The notes under the pieces were generated by a model. The model did not search any database. It had not been told where the DNA came from and worked only from the letters and a program-made list of their open reading frames with translations. Made by a program: the position numbers and the translations under genes. Positions 37,307 through 47,030 of a stretch of DNA of 64,000 nucleotides are shown here, one piece after another (within the stretch, counting starts at the first letter, position 1; each line of letters begins with the position of its first letter). The DNA lies in the IMG/VR virus record IMGVR_UViG_3300032334_001259, positions 274,436-338,435 of that record; one strand, written 5' to 3'.

Positions 37307-37916
37307 CTTGTGTCACTCCAACGTTATTTGAACTACCTGTTACATCAACTTTTGCATCAAAACCAGTAGCGCCAGCAGGACCACTTTGTTGAACGCTTAC
37401 TACATTACTGTCACCAGTTGCTTTAATATCAGCCTTTGCACCTAACATATTAGTAGTGCTACTGTTGATACTTGCATTATTATTGTCACCAGTTACAGCA
37501 ATACCCATAGTGCTTTTTGCACTTGCAGTCACACTTAATGTATTTCCACTACCAGTTGCGTTTGCAGTAATGCTTGTATCAGTACAAGTTGTTGTTGGTG
37601 CGGCACCGCAAGCAACATTCACAGTGTTGCTATCACCAGTTACAGTGCTGTTTAAACTACTACTTGCACCTTGCATATTAACATTATGTGTATTTTGGCT
37701 TCCTACTTGATCAATGCTTACAGTTTGCGTATTACCATTAAAAGTGGCACGAGTCGTGTCATTACCGACTTCATTACCACTACCTGTTTGAGTGATGCCG
37801 ATAGTGCTTCCACTACCAACTTGGTCGATATACACGTTATTGGTTGTACCTGCAAACACATTGCTTGCATACAGCAACCCAACAGCCATTAATGCTGTTC
37901 TTAATACCTTATTCAA
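37230..37916 (-). CDS. secreted curlin-like repeat protein (CsgA/B-like)
   Basis: Signal peptide; repeated (Q/T)xGxxN units; AGGAG SD. Confidence 0.75.
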   Translation of the reverse strand: MNKVLRTALMAVGLLYASNVFAGTTNNVYIDQVGSGSTIGITQTGSGNEVGNDTTRATFNGNTQTVSIDQVGSQNTHNVNMQGASSSLNSTVTGDSNTVNVACGAAPTTTCTDTSITANATGSGNTLSVTASAKSTMGIAVTGDNNNASINSSTTNMLGAKADIKATGDSNVVSVQQSGPAGATGFDAKVDVTGSSNNVGVTQGGTIDSKVDIKSNGSNNSITVNSSN

Positions 37917-37941
37917 ATGCCTACTCCTTTAGGAGTATTGC

Positions 37942-38751
37942 TTACTTTTTATCGGAAGCAAAACCCCATAAACCTTTATTTGCACCCTGTTTGATCATAT
38001 CCACAACGGCTGCTTCTGTTGCCAGACGCACAGCATATGTGGTGGGTTCGTTGACATTTGCACCTGCTTCTAATTGAATACTCATAGTTCCTTGGTCAAG
38101 AAATGTTAGTGCATTTCCATTTCCACCAGTGCTTAAAATAGTTTTTGTGGCACCAGCACTTACAAGGACTTCACCTGTATGAACACTGATTAATCGTAAA
38201 ACAACTGTGACTACATCAGTTCTATATTGTTGACTTATTCCAATACCTAACATGGCAGCTCCTGCACCACCACTTTGAACATTCGTATCGTAACCTACGA
38301 TACCACCTTCTACCATTACACCAGCAATAAGCATTGGTGATAATGGTTTTGCATCTTTACCTTCATAAGTTTCACGTTGATTACGAATAAGTTGACGTTC
38401 TTTAATAAGATCATCTAAACCCACACGTTCTACAACTTGAAACCATTTACCACGACCAGCATCTTGCAATGCTTTAATTAAAAATACTTCACCACCTTGT
38501 GTTACTGCACTGCTTAATACACTAAATTTGTCATTTTCTTTACGTTGTCCAGTCTTATCATTAAAACCATACATGGCAATAGTGATAGGTGGACCCGCTG
38601 GTGGTGGCATACTTGATAATTCATTATATGTACTTTTTTTAATTATTTGTGGCATGGGCGTAGCCTTTTCAGGAACCTTTGCCTCATATGGTATGGTTGT
38701 ATTACAACCAGCTAACATCATTGCCATAATTGAAAATACTATCTTACGCAT
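37942..38751 (-). CDS. csgG: curli secretion channel CsgG
   Basis: Lipobox LAGC; F.DKTGQRK, AVTQGG, WFQVVERVGL..L.KERQLIR, GGIVGYDTN..SGG.GA. Confidence 0.93.
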   Translation of the reverse strand: MRKIVFSIMAMMLAGCNTTIPYEAKVPEKATPMPQIIKKSTYNELSSMPPPAGPPITIAMYGFNDKTGQRKENDKFSVLSSAVTQGGEVFLIKALQDAGRGKWFQVVERVGLDDLIKERQLIRNQRETYEGKDAKPLSPMLIAGVMVEGGIVGYDTNVQSGGAGAAMLGIGISQQYRTDVVTVVLRLISVHTGEVLVSAGATKTILSTGGNGNALTFLDQGTMSIQLEAGANVNEPTTYAVRLATEAAVVDMIKQGANKGLWGFASDKK

Positions 38752-39200
38752 TAGAACTTGAAACTCCCTATTGGAACTGTGACATCAGTCCGATTACCAG
38801 TAGCATCAATGACAGTAAGAGTAATAGTTTGGTTAACAGTATCTTTTAACCATGTTAAAGTGCTACCCTCAAACTGCATTGTACCAGTGGTTGCCCCATC
38901 AGCAAACATAGCATTGCTTAATTGCAAACTTAATTGTGCATAGATACGGCTTTCCAGATTGTTGAGAAACTTATTTAAATTTGTGTTATTTGCCTTTGAT
39001 TCAGCTGCTTCTTTTGCAGCTTTTTCTTCTGCTTCACGTGCTTTACGACGAGTGTATTCTTCATTTTCAATAGTCAGTGCATGACTACTGTAACCATCGC
39101 CGCTAAACTCTGGATTTTTAAAACCAAAAACCATTCCACTTGCAAAGACAGGTGTAGAAAACATCATTCCAGTGATGAAAAAAGGCACAATTTTACGCAT
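38751..39200 (-). CDS. csgF: curli assembly protein CsgF
   Basis: Signal peptide then MVFGFKNPEFSG; LESRIYAQLS; adjacent to csgG. Confidence 0.8.
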   Translation of the reverse strand: MRKIVPFFITGMMFSTPVFASGMVFGFKNPEFSGDGYSSHALTIENEEYTRRKAREAEEKAAKEAAESKANNTNLNKFLNNLESRIYAQLSLQLSNAMFADGATTGTMQFEGSTLTWLKDTVNQTITLTVIDATGNRTDVTVPIGSFKF

Positions 39201-39243
39201 ATTAATCCTCTTTTTTATTTATTATGAGGATTTTTTAATAATA

Positions 39244-39774
39244 TTAAGACAATTTCTTTATAGGTCTGCGAAATTCAACTATTGATGCTACAGGATATGC
39301 GCTTATGTTAACACTGTCGTCTTGGTTTCCACCAAGAAGTTGAACATACTTTATACCATTATCAAATGTCCAACCATAAAAGAAAGCGACATGGCGACCA
39401 CTTCCACCGCTACGGCGCATTAAGACAATATCGCCTGGTTGGGGGTCTGTAACTTTTATTCCGTAGTTATGATAACTTGCTGCACTTAAATTACCAGTGG
39501 AATCATAACCAGCACGTTCTAATACATAGTTTATAAAACCAGCACACCAAGGAATTTTTACAGGATCAATATCTAATATGGCTTGTAATTCTTTACGATT
39601 CTTTTTTGCATCATAACCATTATAATTCATGGCTATTTGCATTATATCACCACGTGTTTCACCAAATGTTAAACCATTGGAGTCCCAATTAAATGGAATC
39701 GTTAATTCAAATGCGCTTGCACTATTGAAAGGTATTAGACAAATACCAATTATTGCTAATAATCTTTTCATCAT
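39244..39774 (-). CDS. NlpC/P60-CHAP (TIGR02594-like) peptidoglycan hydrolase
   Basis: PWCAGF, PGDIV, HVAF, LGGNQ. Confidence 0.85.
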   Translation of the reverse strand: MMKRLLAIIGICLIPFNSASAFELTIPFNWDSNGLTFGETRGDIMQIAMNYNGYDAKKNRKELQAILDIDPVKIPWCAGFINYVLERAGYDSTGNLSAASYHNYGIKVTDPQPGDIVLMRRSGGSGRHVAFFYGWTFDNGIKYVQLLGGNQDDSVNISAYPVASIVEFRRPIKKLS

Positions 39775-39793
39775 ATATTTATTTTAGGCTGGC

Positions 39794-39869
39794 TGGCTGG
39801 GGAGCCAGGGATCGAACCTGGAATCTCTTGAGTCAAAGTCAAGCGTGTTGCCAATTCCACCACTCCCCA
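39794..39869 (-). tRNA. tRNA-Gln(TTG)
   Basis: TGGGGAG acceptor (U1-A72), CTTGA-CTTTGAC-TCAAG, GGTTCGATCCC, GCCA. Confidence 0.93.
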
Positions 39870-39947
39870 ATCGTTTTTATAATTTAGCATTAAATTATTG
39901 ACCTGTCAAGAAATATCCTATATATTATTAAAATACACGGAGAAAAT

Positions 39948-40982
39948 ATGTCAAAGAACGTTCTTATTACTGGCGGCGCAGGATTTATTGCACACCATGT
40001 TATTGATCATATCCTTAAAACTACAGATTGGAATATTGTCAGTCTTGACCGCTTGGACTTTAGCGGTAACCTAAATCGTCTGCATGATATGATGCAAGAT
40101 CATGATCCACAAACACAAAAACGTGTAAAGGTAATATTTCATGATCTCAAAGCAGAAATTAACCCTCTTACTAAAACTCGTATCGGTCCTGTTGATATTA
40201 TTCTTCACTTGGCCGCTGGTTCTCACGTTGATCGTAGTATTGATTACCCTATGGAGTTCGTTCTTGATAATGTTGTTGGAACTTGTAATATTCTTGAATT
40301 TGCTCGTAAATGTGATAATTTAGAACGTTTTGTATATTTCTCAACTGATGAAGTATTTGGTCCTGCACCGCATGGCGTAAACTATGGTGAGTATGATCGC
40401 TATAACAGCGGTAATCCATATAGTGCTACCAAGGCTGGCGGTGAAGAATTAGCAGTATGTTATGAAAACACTTATGGTCTTCCAGTTTATGTGACACATA
40501 CCATGAACGTATTTGGTGAGCGTCAGCATCCAGAGAAGTTTATTCCTATGTGTATCCGCAAAGCTCGTGATGGTGAAACTATTACAGTTCATAGTGATAG
40601 AACTCGCACTATTCCTGGTTCACGTCACTATATTCATGCCAAGGATGTTGCCAGTGCACTTATGTTTATTCTTGGTCTTAAGGATTTTGTAATGCCACCA
40701 GAGTTTGGTGGTGCAAAATGTCCAAAGTTCAACATTGTAGGTAAACAGGAAATCAATAACCTAGAACTAGCACAGATTATTGCCGATAGTCAAGGCAAAC
40801 CCCTTAACTATGAAATGGTTGACTTCCATAGCAGCCGTCCTGGTCATGATCTTCGTTACGCACTTAGCGGTGAGTTTATGAAGAACCTTGGTTGGGAACC
40901 TACTATTGAACTTACAGAACGTATTAAACAAGTTGTAGATTGGACCCTTGCTCGTCCAGATTGGTTGAACTTAGATGTCTAA
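39948..40982 (+). CDS. rfbB: dTDP-glucose 4,6-dehydratase
   Basis: TGGAGFI, AAGSHVDRSI, STDEVFG, PYSATK, QHPEKFIP, RPGHDLRY. Confidence 0.9.
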   Translation: MSKNVLITGGAGFIAHHVIDHILKTTDWNIVSLDRLDFSGNLNRLHDMMQDHDPQTQKRVKVIFHDLKAEINPLTKTRIGPVDIILHLAAGSHVDRSIDYPMEFVLDNVVGTCNILEFARKCDNLERFVYFSTDEVFGPAPHGVNYGEYDRYNSGNPYSATKAGGEELAVCYENTYGLPVYVTHTMNVFGERQHPEKFIPMCIRKARDGETITVHSDRTRTIPGSRHYIHAKDVASALMFILGLKDFVMPPEFGGAKCPKFNIVGKQEINNLELAQIIADSQGKPLNYEMVDFHSSRPGHDLRYALSGEFMKNLGWEPTIELTERIKQVVDWTLARPDWLNLDV

Positions 40983-41709
40983 GAAAAAAGAAAAGAAATA
41001 TGGTGTTTTTATCACCAGTGCAATTAATGCAAAGTTTTCACTTTATAGTCCAGCAGAGCGACTAGAACAAACACTTGAAACTATTGCAAGTGTTCGTGAA
41101 CGTATTCCAAATGCTGTTATTTGTTTAACAGATTGTGGTATTCCTGGCTTGACTGATGAACAAATTGAAACATTAACAAAAGATGTAGATCATTTTATTG
41201 ATTTTAGTCTTGATGATAATGTTGTTGAAATTCATAAAAATATTCAAGTTCAGGATATTGTAAAAAATCTTACTGAAATGTGTGTAGTTCGTAGCTTTTT
41301 CACATATGCACTTGAAGAAGGTTGGTTTGATGGTTGCGACCGCATTTTTAAAGTAAGTGGTCGTTACACACTCACTGACCGCTTTAATACTAAAGATTAT
41401 GAAAATGATATAATTGGTGACAAATATGTTGTAAGCAAACGCTTGTTAAGTCAGTTTGCTCACGGTATCACTGGTATTGACCAACAATATATGTTACGTG
41501 TTTATAGCTTTGGTGCAAACCGTCAACGTGAATTTTTAATGCTTCTTGAAGATATGATTAACCATATGCAAGAACGTGTAAGCGTTGGTGGATATATTGA
41601 TATAGAACATCTTTGGCATAAGTTTTTACCTCGTGATGCAATCATTGAATTTGATCGCACAGGTGTTCGTGGACACGTAGCACCAAACGGAACCTTTATT
41701 GAGAATTAA
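40975..41709 (+). CDS. hypothetical protein, possibly glycosyltransferase-related
   Basis: ITSAIN..RLEQT..TI.SVR, FKVSGRY, DIEH; next to rfbB. Confidence 0.5.
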   Translation: MSKKKEKKYGVFITSAINAKFSLYSPAERLEQTLETIASVRERIPNAVICLTDCGIPGLTDEQIETLTKDVDHFIDFSLDDNVVEIHKNIQVQDIVKNLTEMCVVRSFFTYALEEGWFDGCDRIFKVSGRYTLTDRFNTKDYENDIIGDKYVVSKRLLSQFAHGITGIDQQYMLRVYSFGANRQREFLMLLEDMINHMQERVSVGGYIDIEHLWHKFLPRDAIIEFDRTGVRGHVAPNGTFIEN

Positions 41710-42652
41710 TAACTTTTTCTATTTCTGGAAAAAACACATTTTCTGAATATTGATTTATTTGTTTTTTTTGATAGAAATTATTATAATTTAATTCTAGTTT
41801 TTCTTTTGTTATAGAATCATATGGTGAATAATTAAAGTTTTCAATATTATCTTGTATAATTTTAACTTTTTTAATAAAATCTTCTTCTTCATCATATGAT
41901 TCATCAAATAAATTTTCAAAGGTTTGGAAGCCCCAATCCTTCATAAGTTTAAGAGAATTTTTCGAACCCATAACCATGTATGGATGAAAATATTGTATTG
42001 GTTTAAATGTTTTTTCCGTTATAAAAATTGAGTTATTGTTTATATTTGTTTCAAGAACTAACGAAAAAAATGTAGAATCATACCAACTTGGATTAAAAAA
42101 TCTATCATTAAAACTATTATTAGATCCATCATTGGGAAGATATATTTTTTTGTATACTTGACTATAAATTGCATCTTTTAAATAAAATGTCATATAGTGG
42201 ATAAATCTTTCTCTCCATTTTTTATATTGTGCAACTGGCATTAAAAACTTTTTCTCGTAGTTTTTTTGAGGTATATAAGTTTTTTTACAAATTGACTCAA
42301 TCAACCACCAGTAAAAAGGAAAATAAAAATAATTTTGTTTTTTGATTGATGGGTAATTTCCATAAAGAAAATACAAATTACTATGTTCAATCTTAATATT
42401 AAAATCTTCTTCACCAATTAAATCATAAAAAATAAAATTATTTGGATATTTTTCTATAATTTTTTGAATACGGTAAGGTTCGTTTTTTAAATCTAAAGAA
42501 AAATTTTTAGAGTTAAGAGTTAATACTAAAATATCTTCATCTTTAATTTTATATTCTTCACTAAAATTAACAAATTGATAATTTTTATTAGAGTAAAAAC
42601 ATACAGTTTCAAAAGATGAAATTTTTGAATCAAATTTTATAAATTTTTTCAT
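41696..42652 (-). CDS. hypothetical protein, GT10-like C-terminus
   Basis: FSLVLET...FITEKTFKPI..HPYMV.G...GFQTFENLFDESYD. Confidence 0.55.
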   Translation of the reverse strand: MKKFIKFDSKISSFETVCFYSNKNYQFVNFSEEYKIKDEDILVLTLNSKNFSLDLKNEPYRIQKIIEKYPNNFIFYDLIGEEDFNIKIEHSNLYFLYGNYPSIKKQNYFYFPFYWWLIESICKKTYIPQKNYEKKFLMPVAQYKKWRERFIHYMTFYLKDAIYSQVYKKIYLPNDGSNNSFNDRFFNPSWYDSTFFSLVLETNINNNSIFITEKTFKPIQYFHPYMVMGSKNSLKLMKDWGFQTFENLFDESYDEEEDFIKKVKIIQDNIENFNYSPYDSITKEKLELNYNNFYQKKQINQYSENVFFPEIEKVINSQ

Positions 42653-42656
42653 TTTT

Positions 42657-42884
42657 TTATTTAATATTATAAATTTTTTCAATATCATATTCACGCAAAT
42701 CAAGCAGTTTTGATGTACCATCAGTGGTAACAATAGCAACGCCAAGACCACTTTCTTGGCGTTCATCAGGATAAGTCACTGCACTTACATAATCAGCATA
42801 ATCAGTATTAGCAATAATACGCTTAATATGATTAAGAATTTTAAGATGTTTGAATTTATTTGAACAATCGATAACTTCGGACAT
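42657..42884 (-). CDS. hypothetical protein
   Basis: MSEVID start overlaps upstream stop. Confidence 0.55.
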   Translation of the reverse strand: MSEVIDCSNKFKHLKILNHIKRIIANTDYADYVSAVTYPDERQESGLGVAIVTTDGTSKLLDLREYDIEKIYNIK

Positions 42885-43228
42885 TATGCAGCCTCTACGA
42901 CATGACGACAGTTGCGACGAAATTGAAAACCACTGCAAGTGCAAGATTTATACTTACCATCAATGGTTACAAGATATGTGTTACCTTTGCTACCACTAAC
43001 TTTAATCGTGCGTTTTGCAACAGGTTCAGCAACAAACTTTTGTTCAACAAGTTCATTGTCAATTTTAGTAATATGCTCACGTGCGATGATACGAACAGGA
43101 AATTGGCGATCACCCGTTGATAATGCGATGGCAGGATAATCTACCCATTTAGGAAGTGGCATTTCCTCACCACTATACACAATTTTGGTTTTACGACCAT
43201 AAAGGGTGTTTTGGACTGTAACGTTCAT
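42884..43228 (-). CDS. SWIM zinc-finger protein
   Basis: GSKGNTY.V...SCTCSGFQFRRNCRH. Confidence 0.8.
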   Translation of the reverse strand: MNVTVQNTLYGRKTKIVYSGEEMPLPKWVDYPAIALSTGDRQFPVRIIAREHITKIDNELVEQKFVAEPVAKRTIKVSGSKGNTYLVTIDGKYKSCTCSGFQFRRNCRHVVEAA

Positions 43229-43238
43229 ATCGCACCTA

Positions 43239-43475
43239 TCAAGCCGCTTGACGTTTTTCTTGCATCATTTCGGCAAGAATAAACTTGGCGATATTCATCT
43301 GTTTGCGGATGCGTTCTTTGGTATCGACGCCGTAGTTCTGCATTTCTTGGCAATCGCTCAAAATACCCATAACAACCATTTCCAAACCTGACAACTTGGC
43401 GGTAATATTATTGATATATTGGTCACGGATATCGGCTTTGGACATACCAAACATGGCAAAATCAGTGTCAGTCAT
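43239..43475 (-). CDS. hypothetical early protein
   Basis: GGAGA SD and sigma70-like promoter. Confidence 0.7.
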   Translation of the reverse strand: MTDTDFAMFGMSKADIRDQYINNITAKLSGLEMVVMGILSDCQEMQNYGVDTKERIRKQMNIAKFILAEMMQEKRQAA

Positions 43476-43535
43476 ATTGTTTCTCCATCAACAATCTATG
43501 ACTTATAATATCATATATTTGGGGTCTGTCAAGCA

Positions 43536-43566
43536 AAAAAAGCACCGTAAAAAACGGTGCTTTTTC
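43536..43566. terminator. bidirectional terminator-like hairpin
   Basis: AAAAAGCACCGT-AAAAA-ACGGTGCTTTTT. Confidence 0.75.
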
Positions 43567-43591
43567 AATGGGTTAGCAATTATATAATATA

Positions 43592-44527
43592 TTATTTCTT
43601 ATAAGTTGCCTTGGTAGCTTCAAAATACTGCTTAACTTCCTCTACGGTCAAGGCTCTGTTATAGACAGTTACCATACCAACAGAACCAGTTAAACTTTCG
43701 TTAAACTTTGCTTCTGTATTAGTAGTTACTGGTTGACGACCAATATAGAATAAGTCTGGTATTGTATTAAGTTGTGTTCTTGGAACCCATGACTGTTTAG
43801 TTTCACCATCGTCAATATAAATTGTGTTGGTTGTGCCATCAAATGTAGCAACCATCAATATCCATTGATCAACAAATGCTGTTGACATTTCTTGTTTTTG
43901 GTAATTATTAGTTCCTACTTGAGGATCTGTAAATGAAGTCCAGCCATCATAGTTACCATTGTATAGCATTGGACGAGCATCCCAAGTACTACCTAATGAG
44001 TATAGATAACCTGATTCATTACGGCCAAAACCGAGAACATACTGACTAACAATTTTACCGTATCCAGGAATAACTGATTGTCCAAATGGTTTAAACTTTA
44101 CCCATGTTGCAAAGGTACGAGGCTTCTTAGCATTTAACTGATAACCTAATTGTTGTGTTCCGTTAGGATCACTCATTTTAGCAAAGTCAGCTGCACTCAT
44201 ACCAGGTATACTGGTAACATGCTTCTTTGTATCAATTTTAAATGCGTTATGATTAACAACGTCAAAATTGAAACATTTATTTACTGCATCATAAGTTGGA
44301 GTGTTTGTCGCTGCTACGGGAACAGCATCTAAACCACGACCTGTTTGATCAATCCAATTACCAGTGCCATTATATTTTGAACCATCAAGATGTAAAAATG
44401 GGTCTTTTGGTATTTCTACTTTAGGAACAAATGTGCAATAATCACTTAAAATTGTTCCAACTGCACATAATTTTGCTTTTATATCGTTTATTTCAGCTTG
44501 TAATGAATCTAATGTAGGTGCTGCCAT
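43592..44527 (-). CDS. LamG/concanavalin-A-like domain protein
   Basis: LHLDG..W.DQTG.G, TFATWVK, W..MVATFDG...IYIDD, VYNRALT.EEVKQ.F. Confidence 0.8.
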   Translation of the reverse strand: MAAPTLDSLQAEINDIKAKLCAVGTILSDYCTFVPKVEIPKDPFLHLDGSKYNGTGNWIDQTGRGLDAVPVAATNTPTYDAVNKCFNFDVVNHNAFKIDTKKHVTSIPGMSAADFAKMSDPNGTQQLGYQLNAKKPRTFATWVKFKPFGQSVIPGYGKIVSQYVLGFGRNESGYLYSLGSTWDARPMLYNGNYDGWTSFTDPQVGTNNYQKQEMSTAFVDQWILMVATFDGTTNTIYIDDGETKQSWVPRTQLNTIPDLFYIGRQPVTTNTEAKFNESLTGSVGMVTVYNRALTVEEVKQYFEATKATYKK

Positions 44528-44601
44528 CTATGTCTCCTTTTGAGTGTGAAATACGCTGCACCAATATTTACCTAAAGGACGCTTCATAAAAACGTCAAAG
44601 A

Positions 44602-44625
44602 AAAAGACCGCCGAAGCGGTCTTTT
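44602..44625. terminator. terminator hairpin
   Basis: AAAAGACCGC-CGAA-GCGGTCTTTT (UUCG loop on minus strand). Confidence 0.8.
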
Positions 44626-44627
44626 AA

Positions 44628-45023
44628 TTACTTTGCTTTTTTAGCCTTGGGCTTTTTAGGCTTTTCAGCGGCTTCTGTCGCTTTTTTTGGCTTTGCGGCA
44701 CGTGCCTTCTTTGGGGCAGATGCGGCTTCGGTGGTGGTGCTTGGTGTATCGGCAGTTACAACTACTGGTGCAACTTCAACACGGTTTGGGTTCTTATCGC
44801 TTATAGCCCATTCAGCATCACTCAACTTATGCAATCCAACACAATAACCAGTTGAACTGCGACCACAACCACACTTTGGTGGTTCCTTCTTTGCTGCTTG
44901 CTCAACAATTTCATCAACTTTTAAAGTTTCAGATTGTTCAGAAGCATCATCTTTGTGACTTAAGAGTTTGTAAATTAATGCAACTCCAGCGGCCACTACT
45001 AGTAGAACGAGAATAGTTCCCAT
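44628..45023 (-). CDS. membrane-anchored CDGSH-type [2Fe-2S] protein
   Basis: N-terminal TM; CGCGRSSTGYCVGLH; Lys/Ala-rich tail. Confidence 0.65.
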   Translation of the reverse strand: MGTILVLLVVAAGVALIYKLLSHKDDASEQSETLKVDEIVEQAAKKEPPKCGCGRSSTGYCVGLHKLSDAEWAISDKNPNRVEVAPVVVTADTPSTTTEAASAPKKARAAKPKKATEAAEKPKKPKAKKAK

Positions 45024-45089
45024 TGATATCTCCTTGGTATTACTATTTACGTTCTATAGTATGCCATAAAACAAAATACTTGTCAAGTA

Positions 45090-45461
45090 TTATTTGTAGC
45101 TTGGAGTATAATATTTAAATGCTTCTTTCCAGAAAGTGCTGTAAAGGTCATTACTAACCTGTTCTTGCATCTTCTTGAAATGCTTGCCACTGTAAATCTG
45201 ATCAGCAGTCTTTTGGATTTCGCTTGCAATTGTACCAGCTGCGGCTGATGTTGCCTTTACTGCTTCTTTTGTATAAGTTGTTTGAGCATCAATAAATTCA
45301 TTCATAGTCTTTGAAACATTATCACTATAAACAAACATCTTTACCCAATCTTTCTTTGCTTTTTGTACTGTATCAATAAATTCATCCGCATTGTTAAACA
45401 TTTCTTTATCCTTTTCTATGTTGTAAAGCGTATCCGCTTCTTCGTTTGTGTAAGGCCACAT
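45090..45461 (-). CDS. helical protein, possibly phasin-like
   Basis: Ala/Gln/Lys-rich amphipathic sequence; alternative start 45401. Confidence 0.5.
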   Translation of the reverse strand: MWPYTNEEADTLYNIEKDKEMFNNADEFIDTVQKAKKDWVKMFVYSDNVSKTMNEFIDAQTTYTKEAVKATSAAAGTIASEIQKTADQIYSGKHFKKMQEQVSNDLYSTFWKEAFKYYTPSYK

Positions 45462-45526
45462 TTTTACTTCCTTATTGCACTGCATATATTTATACCGCAG
45501 TGCAACAATTATGTCAATATATTATT

Positions 45527-46618
45527 TTAGAAAAGATCAACAGTTTCCCATGGCAATCCATCCTTACCAAAGTGACCATAGTTTGTAGTAGAACTATAGA
45601 TAGGACGGAACAGGTCAAACTTATTGATAATACCAAGTGGTGTTAGATCAACATTATCACGTATCCATTTTGTCAAACCACGACTATCGCCATTGCTTTC
45701 AACATAGAAACTCATTGGTTGTTCAAGACCAATAGCATAAGATACCTGAACTGTTGCCCAATCTGCACGACCACTTGCTACAATATTCTTGGCAAGATAA
45801 CGCATCATATAAGCTGCAGAACGGTCAACCTTTGTAGGGTCTTTACCACTAAATGCACCACCACCATGTGGAGCATAACCACCATAAGTATCAACAATAA
45901 TCTTACGACCAGTTAGACCAGTATCACCATCTGGACCACCAATAACAAAGCGTCCAGTAGGATTGATATGAAACTCTGTGCGAGTATCAACTAAGCGGTC
46001 AGGAAGAACACTACGAATAAGTTGTTCTACTCGTGTGCGAACCGCATACATATCAGTATCTTCACTGTGTTGCGTGGAACAAACTACCTTGTCAATACGA
46101 TAAGGAAGATTATCATCATTGTATTCAACAGTAATTTGGCTTTTGGCATCTGGACCAAGCCAATCACGACCGCTTTTACGATGTTCAGCAAGTGCCTTTA
46201 CAACTTCATGGCTGTAATGAATAGCACTTGGCATGAAGTTTGGTGTTTCATTAGAAGCATAACCAAACATTAAGCCTTGGTCACCAGCACCAAATGTATC
46301 AGTGCCAAGTGCAATATCAGCACTTTGTCCATGCATTAGATTAAGAATATTGACCGTGCGCCAATTAAATCCATTTTGCTCGTAACCAATATCTTTAATA
46401 GTATTGATAACAGCGGCATCAACTAATTGTGGATCAAGTTCGCCTTTATATTCACCTGCGATTACCACTTGATTAGTAGTAACAAGTGTTTCACACGCAC
46501 ACCGATAAGATTTATCCTGTGGTGCCATCATCAAATCCAGAATCGCATCACTGATTGCATCAGCGACCTTATCTGGATGTCCTTCACTTACGCTTTCACT
46601 AGTAAACAGATAACTCAT
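45527..46618 (-). CDS. metK: S-adenosylmethionine synthetase
   Basis: FTSESVSEGHPDK, GAGDQG, GGGAFSGKDPTKVDRS, YGHFG. Confidence 0.97.
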   Translation of the reverse strand: MSYLFTSESVSEGHPDKVADAISDAILDLMMAPQDKSYRCACETLVTTNQVVIAGEYKGELDPQLVDAAVINTIKDIGYEQNGFNWRTVNILNLMHGQSADIALGTDTFGAGDQGLMFGYASNETPNFMPSAIHYSHEVVKALAEHRKSGRDWLGPDAKSQITVEYNDDNLPYRIDKVVCSTQHSEDTDMYAVRTRVEQLIRSVLPDRLVDTRTEFHINPTGRFVIGGPDGDTGLTGRKIIVDTYGGYAPHGGGAFSGKDPTKVDRSAAYMMRYLAKNIVASGRADWATVQVSYAIGLEQPMSFYVESNGDSRGLTKWIRDNVDLTPLGIINKFDLFRPIYSSTTNYGHFGKDGLPWETVDLF

Positions 46619-46640
46619 TATGTATTTTTCCTTTTTAATA

Positions 46641-47030
46641 CTATTTTCCGTATTTGTAGTCTAATTTTTTATAAAAACTTTTTCGTAATCTAACGATAGG
46701 TTCTGGTTCTTTTATATTTCTTTTATTAGCAGAACCTTTTCCACCATCTGTGTAATTTTCTAATATTCCTGTATTGTTGTCTAATCTACCATAATGTTTT
46801 ATCAAACCTTTTTCAATTTCATATGCTTCATCTTCTGATAAATCATCAATGATAATATTAATTCTATCGTTATAGCGAGGAACTAAAATGTCATCATGCT
46901 TACGAAAAGCACGACTTCCTTTTCCTTTCCCAATGTAATAAGGAGTTCCATCTTCACGAAGATATTCGTAAACATAATATCTCCTATATACATTTCCTGT
47001 TGCTGTGTGTGTTCTAAAAGATTTATGCAT
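46641..47030 (-). CDS. GIY-YIG-like endonuclease (short)
   Basis: YYVYEYLREDGTPYYIGKGKG.R; E..LI..YGR...G.L.N.TDGG. Confidence 0.75.
   Translation of the reverse strand: MHKSFRTHTATGNVYRRYYVYEYLREDGTPYYIGKGKGSRAFRKHDDILVPRYNDRINIIIDDLSEDEAYEIEKGLIKHYGRLDNNTGILENYTDGGKGSANKRNIKEPEPIVRLRKSFYKKLDYKYGK

Noticed and set aside
46619-46640. SAM riboswitch upstream of metK
   Set aside because: Only 22 nt of AT-rich spacer containing an SD
11891-47030. Group I introns or inteins around the endonuclease ORFs
   Set aside because: Flanking genes and tRNAs are intact; the endonucleases are free-standing
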